A stretch of 64,000 bases of DNA from an uncultured Gammaproteobacteria bacterium (lineage in GTDB: Bacteria; Pseudomonadota; Gammaproteobacteria; UBA9214). Below the pieces are notes generated by a model. It worked only from the letters and a program-made list of their open reading frames with translations, was not told the origin of the DNA and searched no databases. Every line of letters begins with the position of its first letter. Position 1 is the first letter of the stretch. The DNA lies in assembly GCA_963827755.1 (NCBI GenBank), contig CAWHCQ010000021.1:32001-96000 (forward strand), written 5' to 3'. Made by a program: the position numbers and the translations under genes. Positions 1 through 9,716 of the stretch are shown piece by piece.

Positions 1-937
1 CGGCATGGTCCCGCAGGGCAGGGATATGCAGCGGAACCACGTTGAGATGATAGTACAGGTCATCGCGGAAACGTCCCGCGCTCACCTCTTCCTCCAGCTT
101 GCCGTGGGTGGTAGCGATCACGCGCAAATCCACCTCAACCGCTTCTCTGCCCCCAAGACGCGTAAAGGAATGCGTCTGCAGCACGCTCAGCAGGCGCGTC
201 TGCGTCTGCAGGTCCATGTCGGCAATATCACCGATACACAGGGTCCCGCCGTTGGCCTGCTCAAGCCTCCCGTAGTGTATGGTCTCACCGTTCTCGTGGC
301 CGAACAGTTCGGCGGCGGAGTTCTCCTCGGAAATCGAACCGACTGCAATTTCCACAAAGGGTCCGTCGCGGCGCGGGCTTTGCTGGTGTATATAGCGTGC
401 AAACGTTGCCTTACCGGCACCTGCCTCGCCACTGATCAATACCCAGCTGTTATGCTGCGCGATTTTACGTGCCTGCTCACGCAGCTCCTCCATAATTGCT
501 GTCCGGCCGACGGGCTCTACAACCAGCTGCGTGTGCTCGCGCAAATCAACATTTTCCCGTTGCAGGCGGTCACTCTCAAACGCCCGCTCAACGGTCAGCA
601 GCAGCTTGGCCAGCGAAATGGGTTTTTCGATAAAATCATAGGCGCCCAGGCGGGTAGCCTCGACGGCCGTTTCCACTGTCGCATGTCCCGACATCATCAC
701 AATCGGGCAGGGCAGATCACCACCTTCAGACCACTCGCGCAGCAGGGAGATGCCATCCACATCTCCCATCCAGATGTCGAGCAGAACCAGATCCGGCCGC
801 CGTGCACGCCTGGCATCGCGGGCGGCCTCGCCGGAATCAGCCGTGGTCACCGTGTAACCCTCATCCTCGAGGATCTCCTGTACCAGATTGCGGATATCCG
901 GCTCGTCATCGACTACAAGAATGTGGCGACCTGACAT
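1..937 (-). CDS. ntrX: sigma-54-type response regulator NtrX (runs off window start)
   Basis: Manual minus-strand translation from ATG at 937: MSGRHILVVDDEPDIRNLVQEILEDEGY (receiver domain). Lies directly downstream of an NtrY-like kinase. Missing from the ORF track, which only lists the antisense frame. Confidence 0.85.
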   Translation of the reverse strand, partial: MSGRHILVVDDEPDIRNLVQEILEDEGYTVTTADSGEAARDARRARRPDLVLLDIWMGDVDGISLLREWSEGGDLPCPIVMMSGHATVETAVEATRLGAYDFIEKPISLAKLLLTVERAFESDRLQRENVDLREHTQLVVEPVGRTAIMEELREQARKIAQHNSWVLISGEAGAGKATFARYIHQQSPRRDGPFVEIAVGSISEENSAAELFGHENGETIHYGRLEQANGGTLCIGDIADMDLQTQTRLLSVLQTHSFTRLGGREAVEVDLRVIATTHGKLEEEVSAGRFRDDLYYHLNVVPLHIPALRDHA

Positions 938-1035
938 ATTGTTTTTTTCCGTTATTAAACCAGCCCGTTGATCAGGATACTGCGACGCCCGGTCTCGAGT
1001 GTTCATTATAGCCCACCCTTGCCGGCAGTCTGCGT

Positions 1036-3249
1036 TTAACTGGACGTATGGCGCTCAAGGTTATCAACCATGACATCCTCATTCAGCATTTGCAGTCGAA
1101 TTTGAATCAGGGCACCACCGTGCTCCCCGTTTTCTACAGTGATGAAGCCGCCATGCTCTTCGACGATTTTCTTCACGATGGCAAGGCCCAGGCCGCTGCC
1201 TTTCGGCTTGGTTGAGATATAGGGTTCAAAAACGTTATCGAGCATACCCGCCGCAAACCCCGGACCATTATCACTCACAGTTAACTCAATATAACCCGCC
1301 CCGCCGGCCTGCACGGTACTGGTAGCAACGCTAACACGTGCATCCGGCTTGCCATTAACAGCTTCCAGCCCGTTTTTAACAAGGTTATGCAGCAATTGCC
1401 TGAGTCGCCCGGCATCACCTTCTATGCGGGCAGGATCCGCATGCAGTTGTTTTACTATCTTCGTGTTCAGGTCACTGCCGCTATACAGGTCCATGACTTC
1501 AGTGACGACGTCGTTCAGGTCGATCGGTTCCAGGCTCAGCTTCGGGGCGCGTGCATATTCACTGAATGCGTTGACCATTTTCTTCATCGCCTCAACCTGG
1601 CTGACGATGGTGCGCGTTGCCCGGTCAAGAAACTCGGAATCTTCCTTGTCCATATTTGCAAGATAACGGTGACGCAGGCGCTCTGCCGAGAGCTGTATTG
1701 GCGTCAGCGGATTCTTGATCTCATGGGCCAGCCGACGAGCCACCTCACCCCATGCAGCGTCACGTTCTGCCTGTATTAAAGCCGTAATATCGTCAAACAC
1801 GATGACCTGGTCTCCCTGCCGCTTGCCGTGAACCTGGAAATCGGTGCCGCGACACATAAGTACCTGGCGACCACCTGCACCAAACAGGGAAACCTCCTCC
1901 TGCCAGGTCTTGTCCTGTTTGCCACGATGGCGCAGAATAACGTCGATAAACGGCTTCAGGTACAAATGATCTTCCGCTATGCCCGGAAGCGCCTTGCCCA
2001 TATACCCCTTGAAGTCGACACCGAGACTTTGTCTCGCGGTGCGGTTCACCGCGCGCACGGCCATATCGGCATCAAGACTTATCACCCCCGATGACAGGTT
2101 TGCGAGGACCACCTCGAGGTAAGCACGCTGACCTTCAATCTGCTGCTGCCCGCGGCGCGCCTGGTTACGCGCCTTTTCGAGACGACGGGTCATATCATTG
2201 AACGAACGCACCAGGAACCCCAGTTCATCCTCACTGGCTACCGGCAAACGCTTGCTGTAATCACCCTCGGCCACAGCATGCGTCGCTTCTGCCAGGTCAC
2301 TGATCGGTGCCGCCAGGCGCCGGGCCGAGTGGAATGCCGCCCAGATCGCAGCCAGCAGACTCAGTACCAGCACGATAGACAGGGTCAGGGTATAGCTGAA
2401 CTTGAGTGGCATACGCAGGTATGCCAGTTCCTTGTAACGTGTCAGAGCAGTCTGCACACTATCTGCCAGCAAGCTGAAACGCTCTGAAACCGGGTACATT
2501 GCCTGCAGGGTATACACTCCGTGATCCTGCCGGGATGATGTTATAGGTATCAGCGCCCGCGCATATAATCCTGACTCACCAACCGGGTCCAGCCCGATAT
2601 AGTGCTGCCCCTTGCGCATGATCAACATCATTTCAGTTGTCGGCTGACTCGGTACTATATCCGTCAAGTCGGCACTGCTGTGAGCAATAGAACGCCCTTC
2701 ACCGTCAAACAGGGTCAGCTCCGAAGCGCCACTCCTGACCCTCTGATCATATAGATCGAGGGAAATCGTCGCAGCGGGTGATTTGGACAGTTCTTCCGCC
2801 ATACGCCAGGTTTGCTCGAGGACATCACTGAGACGCACATCCAGCGCAGCACGGCTGAGAACCAGCGCATCGTCCAGTCCCTGCTCGATACGCGCATCGA
2901 ACCAGCTGTCGATACCCCGGTGAAGAAACTGCAATGAAAAATAATAAACGACAGAAACCGGGACCACTGCCAGGATCACGAACATGATCACCAGGCGGGT
3001 CGTCATCATCGCACCCGGAGCCTTGTTTCGTTGCCGGCCTATCAGCCAGATGAGGTTGGCAACGACCAGTGCACCGAGGATTATCAGGGCGGCCGCATTA
3101 ATGAGCAGCAACCAGGAATACATCTGTCCAAAGCGCTCTGAATTGTGGGTGGCGTTACTCATGTAGAAGAGTGACACCAGCAGGAGCACAAACAGCACCA
3201 GCATCGGCAGCGTACCGCGCCCGGCCCGGCTCAACGGTCCAGAGACCAT
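1036..3249 (-). CDS. ntrY: NtrY-like membrane sensor histidine kinase (HAMP-PAS-HisKA-HATPase)
   Basis: N-terminal TM helices, AWGEVARRLAHEIKNPLTPIQLSAERL H-box, DNGPG and GSGLGL boxes; rsmB-DUF4390-ntrY-ntrX order. Confidence 0.9.
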   Translation of the reverse strand: MVSGPLSRAGRGTLPMLVLFVLLLVSLFYMSNATHNSERFGQMYSWLLLINAAALIILGALVVANLIWLIGRQRNKAPGAMMTTRLVIMFVILAVVPVSVVYYFSLQFLHRGIDSWFDARIEQGLDDALVLSRAALDVRLSDVLEQTWRMAEELSKSPAATISLDLYDQRVRSGASELTLFDGEGRSIAHSSADLTDIVPSQPTTEMMLIMRKGQHYIGLDPVGESGLYARALIPITSSRQDHGVYTLQAMYPVSERFSLLADSVQTALTRYKELAYLRMPLKFSYTLTLSIVLVLSLLAAIWAAFHSARRLAAPISDLAEATHAVAEGDYSKRLPVASEDELGFLVRSFNDMTRRLEKARNQARRGQQQIEGQRAYLEVVLANLSSGVISLDADMAVRAVNRTARQSLGVDFKGYMGKALPGIAEDHLYLKPFIDVILRHRGKQDKTWQEEVSLFGAGGRQVLMCRGTDFQVHGKRQGDQVIVFDDITALIQAERDAAWGEVARRLAHEIKNPLTPIQLSAERLRHRYLANMDKEDSEFLDRATRTIVSQVEAMKKMVNAFSEYARAPKLSLEPIDLNDVVTEVMDLYSGSDLNTKIVKQLHADPARIEGDAGRLRQLLHNLVKNGLEAVNGKPDARVSVATSTVQAGGAGYIELTVSDNGPGFAAGMLDNVFEPYISTKPKGSGLGLAIVKKIVEEHGGFITVENGEHGGALIQIRLQMLNEDVMVDNLERHTSS

Positions 3250-3821
3250 ACGTACCACTCGCTGCTCATGTCCCAGACAGAAGACACATAGGCAATCAGG
3301 CGCACGGGTGTGGGCAGTGACTCGATATCAAGACTGCCGCGCAAGCGTATTTTATAACTGGCTGCATCATCGATGAGCTGCCCATCGGACAGTAACAGGC
3401 CTTCGATTGCACCGGCCGCATCCATTGCATCCGAGAGTCTGCGGAAATTCCGCTGCGTACCTGCATTGATATCCTTCACAACATAGGTGCGGCTCAAATC
3501 GTGATACTGGATCTGGCGGACCTGTTTCAGCTCGACCTTGACCGTGTCCCAGAACCAGAGGTGCGCCCTGACCAGTTGCACCTGCAGGTCAAAGACGAGC
3601 GGAACACCGTTTTCCAGCGCCTCTTTCGCACCCGAACTCAGGGTAATGGAGAACTGGCCGTCAAGCAGAAACCCGTCGCCCGTATCGGGCTCGGTGACCT
3701 GTGCATACAGTGCCCGGAAGGCGCCCGCTTCGGCAGCATACGACTGGGGAATACAACAGAGGGTACTGGCGGCAAGCAGCACCGCAAGCAACTGTTTCAG
3801 TCGCGTGGTTAAAGCGGGCAT
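3231..3821 (-). CDS. DUF4390 domain exported protein
   Basis: Signal peptide, EALENGVPL and LDIESLPTPVR motifs; usual position between rsmB and ntrY. Confidence 0.8.
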   Translation of the reverse strand: MPALTTRLKQLLAVLLAASTLCCIPQSYAAEAGAFRALYAQVTEPDTGDGFLLDGQFSITLSSGAKEALENGVPLVFDLQVQLVRAHLWFWDTVKVELKQVRQIQYHDLSRTYVVKDINAGTQRNFRRLSDAMDAAGAIEGLLLSDGQLIDDAASYKIRLRGSLDIESLPTPVRLIAYVSSVWDMSSEWYVWSLDR

Positions 3822-3835
3822 GGCCGGGTCGCCGG

Positions 3836-5140
3836 CTATTCGGCCTTCTGCAAACATGCGAAATAAAATCCATCCATTTCATTGTCACCCGGCAGGATCT
3901 GCCTGCCATACCTGCAGGCATGCCCCCACGATGCATCGAGCGGTATTTCCGCGGCATCCGCCTGCTGTCCCAGGAAACGTTCAATCTGGTCACTGTTTTC
4001 TGCTGCCAGTACAGAACAAGTGCTGTACAGGAGCATACCGTCTGGAGAGAGCAAGGGCCACAAGGACTGCAGCAGCACCTGCTGCCTGGAAACCAGCGGC
4101 ATGACGTCACCCGGCTTGCGCAATAACTTGATATCCGGGTGCCGGCGGATGACGCCGGTCGCCGTACACGGGGCATCCAGCAGGATACGGTCGTAGCAAA
4201 CACCATCCCACCAGGTCGACGGCATGGCGGCATCCGCCGCAACAAGATCCGCTCTCAGCCCGAGACGCGAAAGGTTTTCCGCGACGCGTTCGAGACGCGA
4301 CCCGTCTATATCGATCGCAGTCAGCCCGGCGAGTTCAATGCCACTCTCGAGTATGTGTGCAGTCTTGCCGCCGGGCGCCGCGCAGGCATCGAGTACGCGC
4401 TGACCGGGTTTGGCTGCAAGCAACCCGGCTGCCAGCTGTGCGGCACCATCCTGTACCGAAACGAAACCCTCGGAAAAACCCGGCAGGGCCTCAACCGACA
4501 CCGGCTTGTCCAGCAAAATACCCTCGGGAGCAATCAATGGAGTCGCATCCAGCGACCGCCCGGAGAGGATCTCCAGGTATTCATCACGCGTTATGCGTTG
4601 CCGGTTGACCCGCAAACTGAAAGGAGGGCGCCTGTTGTTGGCAGCAAGAATCGCCGGCCAGTCATTCGGCCAGTCCGCTTGCAGGGCTTCTATCAACCAG
4701 CCGGGGTGTGCATGGCGGGCCTGCGGCTGTGTGCTGATCACAGACTCGATGTCCGCTGCCCGGCGCTGATAGTTGCGCATCACACCGTTGACCAGGCCAG
4801 TGGCCCAGGACTTGTCCAGTGCCCGGACAGCCTGCACGGTTTCGTGTACTGCAACCCGCTGCGGCATGGCAAGCTGGTCAAGCTGGTACAGCCCTGTTAA
4901 CAGCAAACAGTGCAAATCGGCATCACGTTGCTTCAGTGGCTTGCGCAGCAGCTGCAGCAGTATTGCATCGAGCCTGTAATACCAGCGCAATGTACCGTAT
5001 GCAAGTTCCTGCAGCAGCGCCCGCTGGCGGCCATCCGGCAGCGGCTCCAGACCCCCGGGCAGGGCATCGGCCAGTGAGCAGCCATCGGCAATAATCCGGG
5101 CAAGTACGCGTGCCGCCCGGGCGCGCACGTCCAGCGTCAT
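3836..5140 (-). CDS. rsmB: 16S rRNA m5C967 methyltransferase RsmB
   Basis: NusB-like N-terminus, VLDACAAPGGKT, ILLDAPCTATGVIRRHPD, YSTCS. Confidence 0.97.
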   Translation of the reverse strand: MTLDVRARAARVLARIIADGCSLADALPGGLEPLPDGRQRALLQELAYGTLRWYYRLDAILLQLLRKPLKQRDADLHCLLLTGLYQLDQLAMPQRVAVHETVQAVRALDKSWATGLVNGVMRNYQRRAADIESVISTQPQARHAHPGWLIEALQADWPNDWPAILAANNRRPPFSLRVNRQRITRDEYLEILSGRSLDATPLIAPEGILLDKPVSVEALPGFSEGFVSVQDGAAQLAAGLLAAKPGQRVLDACAAPGGKTAHILESGIELAGLTAIDIDGSRLERVAENLSRLGLRADLVAADAAMPSTWWDGVCYDRILLDAPCTATGVIRRHPDIKLLRKPGDVMPLVSRQQVLLQSLWPLLSPDGMLLYSTCSVLAAENSDQIERFLGQQADAAEIPLDASWGHACRYGRQILPGDNEMDGFYFACLQKAE

Positions 5141-5161
5141 ATGTCGATCACTGGTAGCAAT

Positions 5162-6094
5162 TCAGTCACCTCCAAGGTAATCGCCTTGCAGGGAATGTGC
5201 ATTGATAAAATCCCTGGCGGCCACGGGGCGGGCACCGGGCAACTGCACACTGAGCAGCCGCAAACAGCCCTTGCCGCAGGCCACGTCGATGCCGGATGGT
5301 GTCGCCAGGACAACCAGGCCCGGATCGGCATGCGGCTCGACATCCAGCGGCAAGGCCTCCCAGATACGCAACTGCCGGCCCCGGTAGCGGGTCTCGGCCA
5401 CCGGCCACGAATTAAAGGCACGCACCTGCAGCGCAAGTTCACTGGCGGGGCGCTTCCAGTCGATCAGGGCCTCGCTTTTCTCGAGCTTGCCGGCATAGGT
5501 GACCAGCCGCTCATCCTGTGCCTGCGGGACCAGCGCGGACTGCTCCAGGGCAGTGAGCTTGGCGCACAGCAGTTCTGCGCCCAGCTTCGCCAGCCTGTCA
5601 TGCAGGCGGCTGCCGGTGTCATCCGCTGTAATCGGGCAGCGTGCAGATGCAAGCAGCGGACCGCTGTCCAGGCCTTCCTCCATTTGCATCAGGCTCACGC
5701 CGGTCTCGCGGTCGCCGGCATAAATGGCACGCTGGATCGGCGCCGCACCGCGCCAGCGCGGCAGCAGGGAGGCATGCACGTTGACGCAGCCCAGCCGGGG
5801 CATTTCCAGCACGGCGGGCGGGAGAATCAAACCGTAGGCAACGACCACCATCAAATCGGCCTGCAGTGCCGCAAGCGCCGCCTGTGACTGCGCTGTCTTC
5901 AGGCTGGCCGGCTGAAACACCGGCACCTTGAATTTCATTGCCAGCTGCTTGACCGGGCTCTCGCTGGTGCGTCGGCCGCGGCCGGCCGGCCGGTCGGGCT
6001 GGGTGTACACCGCTACCAGCTGGTGCGGGCCGTCGAGCAGGCACTGCAGGGTCGGCAAGGAAAAATCAGGTGTCCCGGCAAAGACGATCTTCAT
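5162..6094 (-). CDS. fmt: methionyl-tRNA formyltransferase
   Basis: [35 protein letters not shown]. Confidence 0.98.
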   Translation of the reverse strand: MKIVFAGTPDFSLPTLQCLLDGPHQLVAVYTQPDRPAGRGRRTSESPVKQLAMKFKVPVFQPASLKTAQSQAALAALQADLMVVVAYGLILPPAVLEMPRLGCVNVHASLLPRWRGAAPIQRAIYAGDRETGVSLMQMEEGLDSGPLLASARCPITADDTGSRLHDRLAKLGAELLCAKLTALEQSALVPQAQDERLVTYAGKLEKSEALIDWKRPASELALQVRAFNSWPVAETRYRGRQLRIWEALPLDVEPHADPGLVVLATPSGIDVACGKGCLRLLSVQLPGARPVAARDFINAHSLQGDYLGGD

Positions 6095-6172
6095 GGCTGC
6101 ATCCGCAGGGTAGGTGTACGGTTTTCAGGGACGGTGACGAAGGCAGGGCGTGGCAGCACGCCGGCAGGGGTG

Positions 6173-6730
6173 CTAAATGACCGGCTTGCCAGCCGGTTCA
6201 GGGCTGGCCAGCGGGGCCCGGTGCTGCACTTTCTCCAGTTTTTCCTCTTTTTCCAGTTTTTTGCGAATGCGTTTCTGCTTCAACTGCGACAAATAGTCGA
6301 CGAATAACTTGCCATCGAGGTGATCGATCTCATGCTGGATACAGACTGCCAGCAGGCCATCTGCCTGGAGTTCAAACAAGCGGCCCTCCCGGTCCAGGGC
6401 CTGCATTTTGACCCGGTCAGCACGCTGCACCATCTCGAACACGCCGGGCACCGAAAGGCAGCCCTCGTCCATTTCCTCGATACCCTCAAGTTCCGTAATT
6501 TCCGGATTAATCAGGTATAAAGGCTGGTTTCTTTCTTCCGATATATCAATTACGACCACACGCCTGTCGACATTGACCTGCGTGGCGGCGAGACCGATGC
6601 CGGGTGCCGCGTACATGGTTTCCAGCATATCATCAAGCAGCTGGCGCACCGTGTCATCCACCCGGTTTACCGGTTTGGCAATGGTGCGCAGGCGCGGGTC
6701 TGGATAATGCAGGATTTTCAGTATGGCCAT
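6173..6730 (-). CDS. def: peptide deformylase
   Basis: [23 protein letters not shown] motifs; start reset to MAILKIL at 6730. Confidence 0.98.
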   Translation of the reverse strand: MAILKILHYPDPRLRTIAKPVNRVDDTVRQLLDDMLETMYAAPGIGLAATQVNVDRRVVVIDISEERNQPLYLINPEITELEGIEEMDEGCLSVPGVFEMVQRADRVKMQALDREGRLFELQADGLLAVCIQHEIDHLDGKLFVDYLSQLKQKRIRKKLEKEEKLEKVQHRAPLASPEPAGKPVI

Positions 6731-6935
6731 GTGATTGCTGTCACGAATCGGAAAAGTCGCTTGCCCGTACTCTAGCATAATCTGCAATATAGCGGTCGGC
6801 TGCGGGACAAAAGGTTTTGTTTTGCGTAGAATTTCCGCTAGACTCGCGCCTAGCCGGAATGATACGGCCGAAAGGTTTTGCAGCTATCGCAAACTTGACA
6901 GGGCTCGATACAAACTCGACGTAAAGGGACATCCA

Positions 6936-7961
6936 ATGCCAATCAAGAAATTGTTCGCAATGGTCTTTGCATTACTGCTCGCCGGCCAGATCCTTGCAAC
7001 CGATGTGGTACTCAACCCGGACCACCCGGATCACTATGTCGTGGTCAAGGGCGATACCCTCTGGGACATTTCTGCCATGTTTCTGCGCGATCCGTGGCTG
7101 TGGCCTGAAATCTGGTACGTCAACCCGCAGATCGCTAATCCGCATCTGATATATCCCGGCGATCTCCTGACACTGGTCTATGTCGACGGCAAACCACAGC
7201 TGCGCCTGACGCGAGGGGACCTGAAACTCAGCCCGCGCATCCGCGCTGAAAGCCTGGAAAGTGCCATCCCGACGATTCCGCTGGATGCCATCAAACAATT
7301 CCTCACCCGGACAATCGTGGTTGACAAGGATGAACTGGATAACGCGCCCTATGTTCTGCAGAGTGCCGACGAACATGTAATCAGCGGTGCGGGAGACCGT
7401 ATCTACGCGCGCGGCATCGAGGGCAGGGATTATGCCATGTTTGACATCTACGAAAAGGGTGATGCCTATATCGATCCGGATACCCTGGAGGAACTGGGTT
7501 ATGCGGCACTGTATATCGGCACCGGGCCGGTGCAGCGTTTTGGTGATCCGACCACACTGCTGCTGACTGAAACAACCCGTGAAGTTCGTGCAGGACACCG
7601 CCTGCGCCCCGCGGAAAGCGGCAATCCGGTCCTGTATTTCCAGCCGCACCCGACACCGCCCGGTACCGAGGGCCATATCATCGCGGTCATTGACGGCGTT
7701 ACCCAGATCGGCCAGTTCAATGTCGTCGCCCTCGACCTGGGCACCCGCGAAGGTATGGAAATCGGCCACGTGATGCGCGTCTTCCAGAAGGGTGACATCA
7801 TTCGTGACCGGTTCAGCGGCATACGCCTCGACAAGGTGAAATTGCCGGACGAGGAGGCAGGCCTGGTGATGATATTCCGCACCTTCGAAAAAGTCAGTTT
7901 CGGCCTGGTCATGAAGGCAACCAGGCCTATTCACATCAATGATTTTGTGCGTACCCCCTGA
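6936..7961 (+). CDS. LysM peptidoglycan-binding exported protein (TsaP-like)
   Basis: Signal peptide, YVVVKGDTLWDIS...NPHLIYPGD LysM domain; divergent from def and upstream of dprA. Confidence 0.88.
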   Translation: MPIKKLFAMVFALLLAGQILATDVVLNPDHPDHYVVVKGDTLWDISAMFLRDPWLWPEIWYVNPQIANPHLIYPGDLLTLVYVDGKPQLRLTRGDLKLSPRIRAESLESAIPTIPLDAIKQFLTRTIVVDKDELDNAPYVLQSADEHVISGAGDRIYARGIEGRDYAMFDIYEKGDAYIDPDTLEELGYAALYIGTGPVQRFGDPTTLLLTETTREVRAGHRLRPAESGNPVLYFQPHPTPPGTEGHIIAVIDGVTQIGQFNVVALDLGTREGMEIGHVMRVFQKGDIIRDRFSGIRLDKVKLPDEEAGLVMIFRTFEKVSFGLVMKATRPIHINDFVRTP

Positions 7962-8047
7962 CGGGCACACAGACACAAACCACACCAGGGAAGGTGAACA
8001 AGTGAGACATCAACCAGCCAATCAGGGATAACGGAGCGGCCAGCCGC

Positions 8048-9184
8048 ATGGCAGTCACTCCCGCATCCCCGCAATCCACGGACACCCTCACTGACTGGCT
8101 TGCCCTGTGCCAGGCACCCGGTGCAGGCAGCGCCACCATCCGGCGCCTGCTGGACAGCTTTGCCATACCGGCGGACGTGCTCAAGGCCAGTAGCGGACAA
8201 TTACGTCAGCTCGGCCTGAAACAAGCGGCGATCGATGCCCTGCGCAAGCCGGATGAACAATCGATTACCCGTGATCTGCAATGGGCTGAGAAAGCAGACA
8301 ATCACATCATCACCTGCCTTGATCCGGCCTATCCCGTCCTGTTACTGGAACTGCCCGACCCGCCGCCACTGCTCTATGTGCATGGCAGTGTCAGCCTGCT
8401 GAGTGAACCGCAACTGGCGATAGTCGGCAGTCGTAACCCGAGCAGTTCCGGCGAGCAAACGGCGATTGACTTCGCCCGTCACCTGGCTGCCGCCGGACTG
8501 ATCATTACCAGTGGACTGGCACTGGGTATCGATGCCGCCAGTCACCGGGGCGCACTTGATGTGAATGCGCCGACGATTGCAGTAATGGGCACCGGTCTCG
8601 ACCGGGTGTACCCGGCGCGCCACCGCGACCTGGCCCGGCAAATTGCCGAACAGGGCAGCCTGGTCTCCGAGTTCCCGACCGGCACTCCGCCAAAACCGGA
8701 AAATTTCCCGCAACGCAACCGCATTATCAGCGGGCTGAGCCTGGGGACACTGGTGGTTGAGGCGGCGATTCGCTCGGGTTCGTTGATCAGCGCCCGTTAT
8801 GCCATGGAACAGGGACGCGAGGTATTTGCCATCCCCGGCTCAATCCATAACCCGTTGGCAAGGGGCTGCCACCATCTGATTCGCCAGGGCGCAAAACTGG
8901 TCGAAACCGCCGAGGATGTCATTGATGAACTGGGTAGCCTGGCCGGCGCCTGTACGCCGCCGGGCTTGCCTGCGGAAACGGCCGGCAGCCCACAGCAACT
9001 TGGCGAGGAATACCAGCAACTGCTTGACGCAGTCGGTTTTGACCCGACATCCGTCGACCAGCTGGTGGAGCGCAGCCGATTGACGCCAGCCGAAGTTTCC
9101 TCCATGCTCCTGCAGCTGGAATTGAGCGGTTATATCGCTTCCAGCCAGGGCGGCCTCTATAACAGATTGAAAAACAAAGGTTAA
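8048..9184 (+). CDS. dprA: DNA-processing protein DprA
   Basis: AIVGSRN, SGLALGIDA, FPQRNRIISGLS, SGSLI, GREVFAIPG. Confidence 0.97.
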   Translation: MAVTPASPQSTDTLTDWLALCQAPGAGSATIRRLLDSFAIPADVLKASSGQLRQLGLKQAAIDALRKPDEQSITRDLQWAEKADNHIITCLDPAYPVLLLELPDPPPLLYVHGSVSLLSEPQLAIVGSRNPSSSGEQTAIDFARHLAAAGLIITSGLALGIDAASHRGALDVNAPTIAVMGTGLDRVYPARHRDLARQIAEQGSLVSEFPTGTPPKPENFPQRNRIISGLSLGTLVVEAAIRSGSLISARYAMEQGREVFAIPGSIHNPLARGCHHLIRQGAKLVETAEDVIDELGSLAGACTPPGLPAETAGSPQQLGEEYQQLLDAVGFDPTSVDQLVERSRLTPAEVSSMLLQLELSGYIASSQGGLYNRLKNKG

Positions 9185-9186
9185 CC

Positions 9187-9660
9187 ATGAAAGAAAACGT
9201 CTTCGACGTCCTCATGTACCTGTTTGAAAACTACTACATGGACGATGACAATCCTGTCGTACCCGACCGTGATTCTGTCCAGCAGGAATTGAGCAAGGCC
9301 GGTTTCCCGCTAATGGAAATCGACCGTGCGTTCAACTGGATGGAGGGCCTGGCCACACTTCCGGCTGCACCCGCCATGCAGGCAAAACGCTCCATCCGCA
9401 TGTTTTCGGAGGCAGAGATGGGCTGGCTGGATACCGAGTGCCGCGGCTTCATCCTGTCCCTGGAGCAAATGGGTGTGTTGACACCCGCCAGCCGCGAACT
9501 GGCAATCGATCGTGCCATGGCACTGGAAAATGAATTTTTTGATATCGAGCAAATGAAATGGGTCATTCTCATGGTCCTGTTCAACCTGCCCGGAGAAGAG
9601 GCCGCCTATGCATGGGTGGAAGACCTGGTTTTTGACAACATGGTTAGCGGCCTGCATTAA
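9187..9660 (+). CDS. smg: Smg / DUF494 protein
   Basis: MKENVFDVLMYLFENY, KWVILMVLFN; dprA-smg-topA order. Confidence 0.93.
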   Translation: MKENVFDVLMYLFENYYMDDDNPVVPDRDSVQQELSKAGFPLMEIDRAFNWMEGLATLPAAPAMQAKRSIRMFSEAEMGWLDTECRGFILSLEQMGVLTPASRELAIDRAMALENEFFDIEQMKWVILMVLFNLPGEEAAYAWVEDLVFDNMVSGLH

Positions 9661-9716
9661 AACTCCTTACATGATCAGCAGCCTGGCTGATCTGCCACAG
9701 TGTGTCTGACTGCCCT

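Noticed and set aside
5-934. 309-aa plus-strand ORF
   Set aside because: Antisense shadow of ntrX, which has clear receiver-domain motifs on the minus strand
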